A stretch of 62,955 nt of DNA, counting the filler. It is 6 parts of 6 records of this genome, joined end to end, with 100 filler letters (N's around TTAATTAATTAA, not from the genome) between each part and the next. Parts side by side here need not be neighbours in the genome. Positions count along the whole stretch, not along the records: positions 32,551 to 43,036 come from SRR2962707_5046; positions 43,137 to 56,511 come from SRR2962707_5049; 4 more parts are not named here. One strand, written 5' to 3'. The position numbers and the translations under genes were made by a program. The notes under the pieces are model-generated. The model had not been told where the DNA came from and did no database searches. It saw nothing but the letters and a program-made list of their open reading frames with translations. Positions 39,444-49,214 of the stretch are shown piece after piece. Numbering within the stretch: position 1 is the stretch's first letter; each line of letters begins with the position of its first letter.

Positions 39444-40394
39444 ATGCTAACATCTCCGCCCTCCTTCTCAGACATCAAGCGTGCACATCAGCGCATCTCG
39501 CAGTACATCTACAACACACCGGTAATGACCTCTGCCAACCTAGATGAACTGGCAGGATGTCACATGTTTTTCAAGTGCGAAAACTTCCAAAAGGTTGGTG
39601 CTTTTAAAATGCGTGGAGCTTCTAATGCCATCTTTTCTTACCGGCCTGAGGAGAGAGTCAATGGGTTTGCCTGTCATTCTTCAGGGAATCACGGTCAGGC
39701 GGTGGCACTCGCGGCTAAGCTGGCGGGATCCAAAGCCTATGTGGTGATGCCTAAAGGCGCACCAAAGGTCAAGATCGATGCGGTAAAAGGATATGGTGCC
39801 GAGGTGATAGAATGTGAGCCGACGGAGGAATCAAGGGAGTCGACCTGCAATGATGTGATTGAAAAAACAGGCGCGATCCTCATCCATCCTTTTAATGATT
39901 ATAACATCATCGCAGGGCAGGCCACTGCAGCGAAGGAGCTTATAGAGGAGGTGGAAAATCTGGATGCATTAATTGCTCCCGTAGGGGGAGGCGGATTGGC
40001 TTCCGGTATGGCGCTCGTTTCGCATTACCTCAATCCCAATTTGGAGCTGTATGTGGGTGAACCGGAAGAGGTAGATGACTGCTATCAATCATTAAAAAAC
40101 GGGAAAAGGGTGGCGAACAAAACATCTAATACGATTGCAGATGGCTTGAAAGCATCCATTGGCCCAAAGAATTTTGATGTTCTATCAGAGCACATTAAGG
40201 AGGTACTCCTGGTTTCCGAGGCGGAAATTGTACAAGCGATGAAGCTGATCTGGGAGCGCATGAAAATTGTGATTGAGCCATCCTGTGCCGTTCCTTTTGC
40301 GGCGATTTTGAGAAATCCCAAAGTGTTTGAAGGGAAACGTGTGGGAGTCATTCTGACCGGAGGGAACGTAGACCTCACTCAACTCCCATTCTGA
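39444..40394 (+). CDS. PLP-dependent serine/threonine dehydratase (serine racemase-like)
   Basis: 'FKCENFQKVGAFKMRGA', 'HSSGNH', 'PVGGGGL', 'TGGNVD'; no ACT domain. Confidence 0.92.
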   Translation: MLTSPPSFSDIKRAHQRISQYIYNTPVMTSANLDELAGCHMFFKCENFQKVGAFKMRGASNAIFSYRPEERVNGFACHSSGNHGQAVALAAKLAGSKAYVVMPKGAPKVKIDAVKGYGAEVIECEPTEESRESTCNDVIEKTGAILIHPFNDYNIIAGQATAAKELIEEVENLDALIAPVGGGGLASGMALVSHYLNPNLELYVGEPEEVDDCYQSLKNGKRVANKTSNTIADGLKASIGPKNFDVLSEHIKEVLLVSEAEIVQAMKLIWERMKIVIEPSCAVPFAAILRNPKVFEGKRVGVILTGGNVDLTQLPF

Positions 40395-41272
40395 TGTCCA
40401 GAAAAATCTTTGTCATCTGGAATCCCTTTGCCGGGGGTAAAGCACTCAGGATTTGTAAGAAACTATCTGAGAAGCTCAATGACTTAAAAATTGAATATCA
40501 GGTTTTCGATACGAATGAAAGTAAAAGTGCCACAAAAACTGTATCAGAATTCCTTGATGATTCTTTTACTGATTTGATCATCATTGGAGGGGATGGCACC
40601 ATCAATGAATCAGTGAATGGATTGAAATATGATATACCGGTAGCCATTCTTCCTGCAGGCACTGGGGACGACTTCATTAAAAATGTTACGATTGGCCAGA
40701 CACTGGACGAGCAAATTGATACTGCGTTAGAAGGGGAAATCCATCGAATTGATTTGGGTCAATGCAATGATCGTAAGTTCGTCAACGGAGTTGGGATTGG
40801 ATTCGACGGCCAGATCGTGGAAGACATGGAATCAAAACGAGTCCCAATTTTAACCGGACATGCCGCTTATTACTATCATGTCCTTCGCATTTTAGGAGGT
40901 TACCGAGAGCGAAGATTTGATTACCAAATCGATGATCAATCCTTCCAAAAGGATTTGATCCTGCTGACGATCGGCAATGGAACCACGTTTGGAGGTGGAT
41001 TCAAACTGATGCCCGAGGCAAAAGTTGATGATGGGCTACTGGAAATTTGCGAAATCGGCAAAGTGTCCGGGCTGAGAAGGTTTCTGAACATCAATAAACT
41101 CTCTGGTGGAACTCACGGATCGCTGAAGGAAATCAACTTTTATAAGGCAAAATCCGTCAAAGTGGAAGCAAATGATATGCTTTACGCCCATATCGATGGT
41201 GAGCGAATGGGTCAGCCGCCATTTGAGATTAAAGTATTGCAGGAGGCTTTACAGCTGCGAATCAAAAACTAA
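40394..41272 (+). CDS. Diacylglycerol/lipid kinase family (YegS/DgkB-like)
   Basis: 'NPFAGG', 'GGDGTINE', 'PAGTGDDF', 'GIGFDG', 'DDGLLE', 'IDGE'. Confidence 0.92.
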   Translation: MSRKIFVIWNPFAGGKALRICKKLSEKLNDLKIEYQVFDTNESKSATKTVSEFLDDSFTDLIIIGGDGTINESVNGLKYDIPVAILPAGTGDDFIKNVTIGQTLDEQIDTALEGEIHRIDLGQCNDRKFVNGVGIGFDGQIVEDMESKRVPILTGHAAYYYHVLRILGGYRERRFDYQIDDQSFQKDLILLTIGNGTTFGGGFKLMPEAKVDDGLLEICEIGKVSGLRRFLNINKLSGGTHGSLKEINFYKAKSVKVEANDMLYAHIDGERMGQPPFEIKVLQEALQLRIKN

Positions 41273-41276
41273 TATA

Positions 41277-41303
41277 TCCCCCTCTGGAGGGGGTAGGGGG
41301 AGG
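41277..41303 (+). repeat. G/C-run palindromic repeat, dispersed copy (AGG-ending variant)
   Basis: TCCCCCTCTGGAGGGGGTAGGGGGAGG fills most of the 38-nt gap between convergent genes. Confidence 0.85.
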
Positions 41304-41310
41304 TTTTATA

Positions 41311-42093
41311 CTACTTCTTCCTAAACTTCGCCCTTTTCTTAAACCGCAAATAAAGCCACACAGTCACCGCAATCACGCCCAGGCTGATAAATTGTGAGTG
41401 TGATAGCACACCATCGATGATATAGCCTCTTTCTTCGTCACCCCGGAAGATTTCAATGATTCCTCTACCTACCGCGTAAAGGATTATATATATGAAAAAA
41501 AGCTGCCCTTCGAATCGGTTGTGCCGTTTCAGCATGAGCAACACGATAAGAATTCCAAAAATCAATCCGGCAGAATAAAGCTGAGTCGGATGCAGGGGTG
41601 TGTTTAGTGGTTCAGCTTGTGAAATTGGGTCCGTGAACGTCACACCCCATGGCATGTCGGTTGGCACCCCGTGACAGCATCCGGCAAAGAAGCACCCGAT
41701 CCTACCCAGACCATGAATGATACATGCAGCGATCGCCAAACGATCCATCAACGGCCAGAGCGGCCATTTTTCTTTTCGGAAATACCAAACAATGAGCGGC
41801 ACGGCAAAAAGCAATGAACCGTAAAAAACAAATCCTGTTCGGAAGTTTCGTTTCATATTTTCCCACGAGCCAAAATAGAATCCGGGATCCTCCAGGTAGA
41901 AAAAGAGCTTGCCTCCGACGAAAGCAGCGATGATCACCATAATCGCTAGGTTCTGGATTTTATCCTTTTCAATGCCCAGGTCTTTTTTGGCTACATGACT
42001 CATGTACAGAAAGCCAAGAGTAGCACCCACCATGATCATAAAACCATAGGTGTGGATGGTGAAGTCTCCTATTGAAAACAGTTCAGGATGCAT
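41311..42093 (-). CDS. lgt: Prolipoprotein diacylglyceryl transferase
   Basis: 'YG', 'GRIGCFFAGCCHG', 'HPTQLY', 'R..IEIFRGD'. Confidence 0.93.
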   Translation of the reverse strand: MHPELFSIGDFTIHTYGFMIMVGATLGFLYMSHVAKKDLGIEKDKIQNLAIMVIIAAFVGGKLFFYLEDPGFYFGSWENMKRNFRTGFVFYGSLLFAVPLIVWYFRKEKWPLWPLMDRLAIAACIIHGLGRIGCFFAGCCHGVPTDMPWGVTFTDPISQAEPLNTPLHPTQLYSAGLIFGILIVLLMLKRHNRFEGQLFFIYIILYAVGRGIIEIFRGDEERGYIIDGVLSHSQFISLGVIAVTVWLYLRFKKRAKFRKK

Positions 42094-42154
42094 GGTATTT
42101 TAATTACAAATATTAATCGATATGGCACAAGATTTGAGCAATATATTCAAAATT

Positions 42155-42556
42155 ATGACGATGAACCTTTTGAAAATAGTGCTCATTGGAATGCTCCTTG
42201 CGGGATGCAAAGAGGAATCTGAAAATTTACCAGAGAACGAACTTTTAATTAAGTACGAACAAACGATTACTCAGGAAATACGGGGAAAAGACTGGACCAT
42301 TTCATTTACGGATATTGAGGAAAACTCCCTTTGCCCTAAAGATGTAACATGCATTTGGTTGGGACGAATGGTAGTCGGTCTTGAAATTAATGGAGTTGAT
42401 GAACAATTAGGAATCGGTGATTTGACTACCAATGCGGAAGAGGAGATTGCCACTACAGTTGTGGTTGATGGAGTTCTTATAACCCTGGCTGATGCCTACG
42501 ATACGGAGGAAGAATCCACAACCAAAATTAAGTTGATTTTTGAGGAAGCAGATTAA
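42155..42556 (+). CDS. Hypothetical lipoprotein
   Basis: Lipobox LAGC; 'NSLCPKDVTCIWLG' motif. Start could be 42122, 42155 or 42161. Confidence 0.75.
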   Translation: MTMNLLKIVLIGMLLAGCKEESENLPENELLIKYEQTITQEIRGKDWTISFTDIEENSLCPKDVTCIWLGRMVVGLEINGVDEQLGIGDLTTNAEEEIATTVVVDGVLITLADAYDTEEESTTKIKLIFEEAD

Positions 42557-43035
42557 CTTTTAAAAACGGTTTCTTTATTCTCACTGCCATCAAAAACGCG
42601 AATGGCAATTACATCTGCTTCAGCAGTTTTCTCACCATCTACTGAGAGCAAGTCGCATTTAAGTACAGTTTTTCTTCCTTTTACCTCAATGACCCTGGCT
42701 CTCAATTCCACTTCGGTATTGGGTGTCGGTTTCAAGTATTTGACAGTCAGGGTGCCCGTTGCATAACGATACTCCGGATCGGTATCAAGCGACCGTCCTT
42801 CTCGCCTGTATGCATCCGCCATGGCCGTACCCATGCAGTGACAGTCAATGAGAGTGGCCATGATCCCACCATTCATCAGGTTACTCCATCCATGATATTT
42901 TTCTTCAGATTTCCATTTGCAGACAGACTCATCGCCTTCCCAATAGCTTTTGATTTGTAGCCCTTCGTGATTATGTCCGCATCCAAAGCAGACATTTTCG
43001 GGCATGTGATCCTGAAAGTATTTCGACTCGCTCAT
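42553..43035 (-). CDS. PaaI-family hotdog thioesterase
   Basis: 'CFGCG', 'NGGIMATLIDCH', 'VKYLKPTP'. Confidence 0.88.
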   Translation of the reverse strand: MSESKYFQDHMPENVCFGCGHNHEGLQIKSYWEGDESVCKWKSEEKYHGWSNLMNGGIMATLIDCHCMGTAMADAYRREGRSLDTDPEYRYATGTLTVKYLKPTPNTEVELRARVIEVKGRKTVLKCDLLSVDGEKTAEADVIAIRVFDGSENKETVFKS

Positions 43036-43036
43036 T

Positions 43037-43136
43037 NNNNNNNNNNNNNNNNNNNNNNNNNNNNNNNNNNNNNNNNNNNNTTAATTAATTAANNNNNNNN
43101 NNNNNNNNNNNNNNNNNNNNNNNNNNNNNNNNNNNN
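43037..43136. other. Artificial contig spacer
   Basis: N-run + TTAATTAATTAA + N-run. Confidence 0.99.
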
Positions 43137-43167
43137 AAGCCAGTAACATTAATGTTACTGGCTTTTT
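43137..43167 (+). terminator. Intrinsic terminator of a gene off the contig
   Basis: 28-nt perfect palindrome AAGCCAGTAACATTAATGTTACTGGCTT followed by a T-run. Confidence 0.75.
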
Positions 43168-43500
43168 GCTTTTTTATAATGATTATAATTTTAGGATAAT
43201 CATCATTAAAACGCTATCAATCAACGTATGCTGTTTATATCTCACCTCTATCAAATCCCTTATGTTCAGTATTTAATATATTGATTTAGTTTTTATTTTA
43301 CTAAGCTGTTTAATCTTGTTAATTCGATAAGAAAAAAATCACGTTTAGAATATAAACATTTGTGTAAACTTTAATTAGAGTATTTAGCTTTGTTGGTATA
43401 TTTGCATATTCCACAATAAACAAAAAGCAACTGCCCAATATGTCGTTTTACTCCTATTATCTACCCAACTTAGCAAGGCAGCGATTAGGGTTTAACAAGG

Positions 43501-43968
43501 ATGATGAAAGCGATGCTATTTTCACTTGCTTGTTACATTCCTATGAGTGGCGCAAGTGATGAAGTCAATATAAGGCTAGAAGGGAAAATCACACCACGGT
43601 GTGAGTTTTCAACCGCTGCCGAATCACTTCTATTTGATGCCACCGGTTTTGCTAATACAGAACTAACTATAAATTGTAATGCGCCAATAAAAATTGCTTT
43701 ACTGTCAAAAAATGGTGGTTTGCGTCATCAACAAAGTAATTTAATTGAAGCCTATTTCTTAACGATGAGATTACCAGGCAGTGATATGGATATCACAGAG
43801 CAGGCGAAGGACCTTATGCTGGAAAAGTCATACGTTATAGATGAAATATTTTTCGATACAACAGCGCAATTAGAATTTCAGTTAGAAAAACCACTGCTAT
43901 TTGCCGGAGAATACAATGATGTACTCCGTATAGAAGTGACTCCATCAGCACTAATAGGTGGCATTTAA
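43501..43968 (+). CDS. Chaperone-usher pilin-like subunit (minor)
   Basis: Signal peptide, Cys pair, 'INCNAP', C-terminal 'AGEYNDVLRIEVTP'. Confidence 0.7.
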   Translation: MMKAMLFSLACYIPMSGASDEVNIRLEGKITPRCEFSTAAESLLFDATGFANTELTINCNAPIKIALLSKNGGLRHQQSNLIEAYFLTMRLPGSDMDITEQAKDLMLEKSYVIDEIFFDTTAQLEFQLEKPLLFAGEYNDVLRIEVTPSALIGGI

Positions 43969-44012
43969 CCGTTAGGGCAAAGATTATTTAAAAAATTTTA
44001 AGGAATAATAAA

Positions 44013-44495
44013 ATGAAAAAATTACTCGTTTTAACTGCTATCGCGACTGCTTTCACTGGTTCTGCAATGGCTGCAAGTGTTAGCCTAAGTGGTGTTGTTG
44101 AGCCTGTTTGTCAAATTTCAGGCGTTGACTCTGTTAATACCTTTAGTGCACTAGCAATTGGTCATACAGCGCAACATAACATCACAGTTCAATGTAATGA
44201 CTCTGATGGTGCTGAAATCACTCTTAAATCAACTGAAGGCTTATTAGAAAGCTCTGATCATGAAGATCAAGGCATTGCATACCAAGCTACATTTAAAGCG
44301 GGTGATTTTGATTTTGCTTTAATTCCTACAAACTGGGCTAATGGTGACAATGATCTATCAGTTACAGGCACTAGCCCTGGTTCTGTTGCTTTAGCGCAAG
44401 GCGTACCAGGTACTTTAGTACTTGAACTACTTGAAGAAGCTGTATTCGCAGGCACTTACACAGATACATTACAGATTGCTATCACTGCTAAATAA
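44013..44495 (+). CDS. Chaperone-usher major pilin (spore-coat-U/Csu-like)
   Basis: Strong RBS, signal peptide, 'LSGVVEPVCQI', 'VQCND', 'AGTYTDTLQIAITAK'; followed by a hairpin. Confidence 0.78.
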   Translation: MKKLLVLTAIATAFTGSAMAASVSLSGVVEPVCQISGVDSVNTFSALAIGHTAQHNITVQCNDSDGAEITLKSTEGLLESSDHEDQGIAYQATFKAGDFDFALIPTNWANGDNDLSVTGTSPGSVALAQGVPGTLVLELLEEAVFAGTYTDTLQIAITAK

Positions 44496-44510
44496 CTTTT
44501 CTTCTCCTTT

Positions 44511-44534
44511 AAAGGCAGCTTTTGCTGCCTTTTA
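44511..44534 (+). terminator. Intra-operon hairpin after major pilin
   Basis: AAAGGCAGC-TTTT-GCTGCCTTT with a T-rich tail. Confidence 0.7.
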
Positions 44535-44551
44535 TATTTAAGGTTCCCCCA

Positions 44552-45265
44552 ATGAGACTGTTACTTGTCACTCTTTTTTTATGCACTTGCTTTAATGTGG
44601 CCGCCTTTCAAGTTAAACCTATGGTTGCAGAATTAGAAAGCTTAGGCTCACAATCGCAACGCACAATGCGCATACTTAATACGTCAAAAGAACCGCTTAC
44701 GGTGGAGATAAGCGCTAATAATTTAACATTAGATGCAGCAGGAAATGAGCTGCTCTCTGAAAATGAAGATGATTTTCTTATTCTGCCAATGACGACCGTT
44801 ATTCCTGTAGGTAAAAGCCAATCAGTATTAATTCGTTATATTGGTGAACCAATGCTTACAGAGTCTAAGAGCTATCGCATTATTGTTGACCAAGTAGCCG
44901 TAGACCTAGCACAAATGAACACATCCGGTGTGGGCATGACATTGAGCTTTCAAACTTTATTTAATGTAGTCCCAAAAGATGCTCAGGCAAAGATTGAAAT
45001 TATGGGTAAAACGATGGTTTCTAAAGGTGTGTGGGAAATTGAGTTAGAAAATAAAGGCAACCGCTACGTTAGACTTGCGCAAGAGAAATGGTTAATTCAA
45101 CAAGATAGTGATGTCTATACCTTAGAAGGAAGAGAGCTTAGTGATGCACTTGTAGGAAAGTTTTTAATGCCAAACTCTAAACTCAAAGTAAAACTCAAAG
45201 TACCTGAAAAATTTGATATTTCTCGCAGTCAATTAGAGATAAAGCTGGATGCGACAACTAACTAA
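44552..45265 (+). CDS. Periplasmic pilus chaperone 1
   Basis: Signal peptide; 'FQVKPM', 'P..TVIPVGKSQSVLIRY', 'SYRIIVDQ', 'ENKGN'. Confidence 0.82.
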   Translation: MRLLLVTLFLCTCFNVAAFQVKPMVAELESLGSQSQRTMRILNTSKEPLTVEISANNLTLDAAGNELLSENEDDFLILPMTTVIPVGKSQSVLIRYIGEPMLTESKSYRIIVDQVAVDLAQMNTSGVGMTLSFQTLFNVVPKDAQAKIEIMGKTMVSKGVWEIELENKGNRYVRLAQEKWLIQQDSDVYTLEGRELSDALVGKFLMPNSKLKVKLKVPEKFDISRSQLEIKLDATTN

Positions 45266-45983
45266 GTTTGTATATTTAAGCTTCTTATTTATATTCAATA
45301 CTGCAAATGCAATCGAATTATCACCGATGGTACTCACTATCGATGCTATAAACGGACCTTTTAGTGCAAGCAGCATTATTACGAATACACTAAATCGTGA
45401 TTTTGCCTTTGACGTTGAAGTTTATAAAATTAACTTCCTAGCCGATGGGCATTTTTTAGAATTGCTTGAAGAGCCGCCTTTTTTCATTTTTCCCCCTGCT
45501 GCTTTTTTAAAAAAAGGCCAAAGCCAAAAAGTGCAAATTCAATGGCTGGATAATAGACCACCTGACAGCGACGAAAGTTATATGGTGACACTTGCAGAGC
45601 AAGCTGTTGGTAGTGACTCATCCGCAAATAGCGTAAAAATGCTATTTAATTTTAATTTGATTGTTCATTTAGAAAACCCAGTGTTGGATGCTAATTTGCT
45701 GCTACGTAAAAGTTGGATAGAGCAAAATGAGATAGTTGCGCTTATCGAAAATATGGGCAAAGGCAATGCTAGGTTGAGTGATTATGAGATTGCGTTTGCA
45801 AATAAAGATGGGTTAACCGAAACCCCTTCTTTTATAACTCTTTACCAAAAACAACAATTAAAACGCTTAGGAATCGAAGTGTTTTTCGCACCAGGGACGA
45901 TTAATACGATAAGGATACCATTACCGAGTTCTCTTAACGACTCACGACAAGGGTTGCCACTTAATTTACGCTTGGTTCCCTGA
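45249..45983 (+). CDS. Periplasmic pilus chaperone 2
   Basis: 'IELSPM', 'IFPPAAFL..GQSQKVQIQW', 'ENMGKG'. Confidence 0.78.
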   Translation: MRQLTKFVYLSFLFIFNTANAIELSPMVLTIDAINGPFSASSIITNTLNRDFAFDVEVYKINFLADGHFLELLEEPPFFIFPPAAFLKKGQSQKVQIQWLDNRPPDSDESYMVTLAEQAVGSDSSANSVKMLFNFNLIVHLENPVLDANLLLRKSWIEQNEIVALIENMGKGNARLSDYEIAFANKDGLTETPSFITLYQKQQLKRLGIEVFFAPGTINTIRIPLPSSLNDSRQGLPLNLRLVP

Positions 45984-48388
45984 TGAAAAAATTGTTGTTC
46001 TTTTGCTCGTTATTTTTAGTCAGTATAAATGGCTATAGTAAGATTAATCCTAGTAATAGAACGATTGAACTTACTGTTGAAAGCTATATAAATAATGCGC
46101 CAATTGGTCAAGTAACCTTGAGTATTTCTCCAAGCGATGAGTATGCATTGCCTTGGCCTGAAGTCGAAGAAAGCTTTGATAAATTTATGTATCCTAATGA
46201 AGTGGGGGAGCTGCGCAGTTTAGTTACAAATCAAATAATAACGGGCGAACAACTGCAACAGCTTGGCATTGTGGTTGATTTTGATATGGCCAGTTTCTCT
46301 TTATATTTGAGTATTCCCTCTGCATTAGTTAAACCTCAAGCACTTAGTTTAAAGCGCAAGCCTCGTAATTTAAAAGTATCTAAACAAGCTAAAATAAGTG
46401 GCTATTTAAACTGGTATGCCAATGCGATCCGCCAGAAAACAGATACCGCTGAAACAGATCAACAATTAAACTCACGCTTTGAATCCGTAGTTAATATTTC
46501 GAACGTGGTTTTTGAAAATGAATATGAATATTTCTCCAGCTCTAACAGTACAGATGCACACGGTAGACGAACATCTTCACGCATTATTTATGATTTACCA
46601 GAGTATGGCACCCGGCTGTCACTTGGCGATAATTATGGTATTGGAAGCTACTTTCAATCTTCGGTTCGGTTTTTAGGGCTGGCACTGGCGAGAGATTTTT
46701 CGATGATGTCAGATCGGCAAATAAAACCCACTGCATCGCAAAGTTTTACTTTAGAGAGCACTTCTTCAGTGGAGATTATTGTTTCAGGCGTTGTTGTCGA
46801 CAGACTTAACCTATCACCGGGTGTTTATTCCTTAAATGATATTCCCATAGAACAGGGCAGTAATCAGATCCGTTTACGTATAACCGATAGCGCGGGTATA
46901 ACGCGAGTAGTTGATTTTGATGTCACCACTGGTTTAGATTTATTAGCTGAGGGGGAGCTAGAATACCGATTTAATCTTGGTATTCCCTCAACACTAGCAA
47001 TTGATGGTTTAGAGTATTTAACTGACGAACCATTTGTAAGTAGCTACTTTGATTATGGTGTATCGCCGAGTTGGACCATTGGTGCCAGCCTACAGGCAAA
47101 TAGCTATACTCAGCAATTAACGGCTAAAAATATTCTAGCCATTGAACTTGGGCAAGTCTCATTTGAAGGAGCGCTCAGTTACGCAGAAGATCTGGGTAGT
47201 GCATTTAGGTTTGTATATCAAAACTTCACTAATGGTAGCAGCTCAAATCATAATATTAGTTTGGGTTATGAATATTTATCTGAAGATTTTACGGCTTTAA
47301 AAGCTGAACCGAACTCACTGTTAACAGTGCAAACCATAAAGCATACTCTGCAAGGCAACTATAACTACTATTTTGGTGAGTCGATGCAATTTGGATTAAG
47401 TGCGCGACTACAGCAAAAATATCAAGAAGACGAATTTACTCAAGCTTATGGTGTATCAACTAGTGGGCCATTTTCTAAAGGCTGGCGATGGGGGTTGCGT
47501 GCTAACTGGGATAACTTAAATGAACAAAGCGACTTAAATTTTGCGTTATCAATTAACTACCGATTTGACCAAAATACGCGTTATAACCTAGCTCTTGATA
47601 CCCGTAATGATAAACAAAGGTTAGACTATAGCTATACCGGAAACCAACAATTCGTCGATTCTAAAACCGTGCGTTTGGGCTTAGAACGTAATGATACACA
47701 GCAAGCAGCTATTGATTTTAACGCTCAATACAATGCGAATAGGTTTTTAATTGGCGCTGATCATGCCAGTGATTACACGCAGCTTGATGAATCGGGTATT
47801 CATCAGTCTAGGGTTAATTTTTCGACCGCTTTAGCATTCGCGGAAACTGATATTGCATTCGGTAAACCAATTAGTGATAGCTTTGCATTGGTACAAGCTC
47901 ATCAGTCGATTCAAGATAAGAACATAAAGCTTGGTCGCTCCCAAGAATATTATCGTGCCGCAAATGATCAGTTAGGCCCCATCTTATTTAGTGATATTAA
48001 TTCTTACGATGAAACAACGTTAGCGATTGACATCGATGACTTAGAGCCAGGCTATGATTTGGGCTCAGGTATATTAGCATTTAAATCAAGCTATAAGTCA
48101 GGCTATACAGTTACGATAGGATCGAATGCGAATATAACGGTTGTGGCAAAAGTTATAGCTAAAGATGGCTTACCAATAGCAGCCGCTGTCGGTACTGCTA
48201 GGTGTCCTGAACAACCCGAGTTTAAAGAAAAAGTGTTTTTTACAAATAAGAAAGGGCGATTTGCTATTACAGGCTTGATCCCATGTGATTATGTTATTAC
48301 TTGGACTGACAAAACGCTTAAAGAGTTTAAATTAACGATTGTTGATGGTGAACAATTACAACGTTTAGGAGAGATCCATGTACAGTAA
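45983..48388 (+). CDS. Outer-membrane usher
   Basis: 801 aa; 'LSLGD', 'FLGLALARDF', 'L.PGVYSLNDIP...GSN.I.L.ITD..G', C-terminal 'FFTNKKGRF'. Confidence 0.88.
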   Translation: MKKLLFFCSLFLVSINGYSKINPSNRTIELTVESYINNAPIGQVTLSISPSDEYALPWPEVEESFDKFMYPNEVGELRSLVTNQIITGEQLQQLGIVVDFDMASFSLYLSIPSALVKPQALSLKRKPRNLKVSKQAKISGYLNWYANAIRQKTDTAETDQQLNSRFESVVNISNVVFENEYEYFSSSNSTDAHGRRTSSRIIYDLPEYGTRLSLGDNYGIGSYFQSSVRFLGLALARDFSMMSDRQIKPTASQSFTLESTSSVEIIVSGVVVDRLNLSPGVYSLNDIPIEQGSNQIRLRITDSAGITRVVDFDVTTGLDLLAEGELEYRFNLGIPSTLAIDGLEYLTDEPFVSSYFDYGVSPSWTIGASLQANSYTQQLTAKNILAIELGQVSFEGALSYAEDLGSAFRFVYQNFTNGSSSNHNISLGYEYLSEDFTALKAEPNSLLTVQTIKHTLQGNYNYYFGESMQFGLSARLQQKYQEDEFTQAYGVSTSGPFSKGWRWGLRANWDNLNEQSDLNFALSINYRFDQNTRYNLALDTRNDKQRLDYSYTGNQQFVDSKTVRLGLERNDTQQAAIDFNAQYNANRFLIGADHASDYTQLDESGIHQSRVNFSTALAFAETDIAFGKPISDSFALVQAHQSIQDKNIKLGRSQEYYRAANDQLGPILFSDINSYDETTLAIDIDDLEPGYDLGSGILAFKSSYKSGYTVTIGSNANITVVAKVIAKDGLPIAAAVGTARCPEQPEFKEKVFFTNKKGRFAITGLIPCDYVITWTDKTLKEFKLTIVDGEQLQRLGEIHVQ

Positions 48389-49214
48389 AAGTCTTTTATT
48401 TTTAAGCGTGTTAAGTGTAAACAGTTTTGCCCAATGTGATGCGCGTTTTGCGAATATCAGTCAAAACAATGATGACATAGCTGTCTATCGACAATCACAG
48501 TCTTATGACTCAAAGATTGAGTTTTCGGTGAAGGCCATTAACAATGACCAATGCCAACTTAAAGTGATGGTTGAAAGTGAAAATCATAGTTTTTTTATCT
48601 CCGATAATAATCGTTTCGAATTTTTTATTGAATCGTCCACAACGAATACCGGCAGTGTAAAACAGCCTATTTTTAATATAGAGCAACTAGAGTTAGCAGT
48701 TAATTTAACATTAAAAAGCGGAACATTTGTAAAAGCAGGCGCCTATTCTGACATGCTCACATTTAGGTTACTTGATGACAAGCAGCAAGAGCTGGATGTA
48801 CAAGAAATATCGGTTAATACTTTAATAGAACCCAATGTGAGTCTGTCATTATTGGGCTTTAATAGTACAGACCATACGGTTCAATTAGGTGAACTGTACT
48901 CAGGGCAAGAATATACAAATTTACCCACTTTAAAAGTAGTTACTAACTCAGATGTACAAATGACCATTGATTCTCAAAATGCTGGTTTTTTACAAAATAC
49001 CTTATATAAACAACAGTACCAGATCGATTATCAACTTAATGTAAATCAAACCTGGTATGAACTGAATAAAACCCAGTTGTTAACTATTAAGAGTAGTGTG
49101 TCATCCGCGGATGTATTTTTACCACTCAAAGTTTTGGTAAAAGATATTAGTAAACGACCCGCAGGAAGTTACGAAGATACAATAAGGATCAGTATTAGCC
49201 CATTACACTACTGA
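48378..49214 (+). CDS. Putative two-domain tip subunit/adhesin
   Basis: Signal peptide; two pilin-like domains ending 'AGAYSDML' and 'AGSYEDTIRISISP'. Confidence 0.68.
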   Translation: MYSKSLLFLSVLSVNSFAQCDARFANISQNNDDIAVYRQSQSYDSKIEFSVKAINNDQCQLKVMVESENHSFFISDNNRFEFFIESSTTNTGSVKQPIFNIEQLELAVNLTLKSGTFVKAGAYSDMLTFRLLDDKQQELDVQEISVNTLIEPNVSLSLLGFNSTDHTVQLGELYSGQEYTNLPTLKVVTNSDVQMTIDSQNAGFLQNTLYKQQYQIDYQLNVNQTWYELNKTQLLTIKSSVSSADVFLPLKVLVKDISKRPAGSYEDTIRISISPLHY

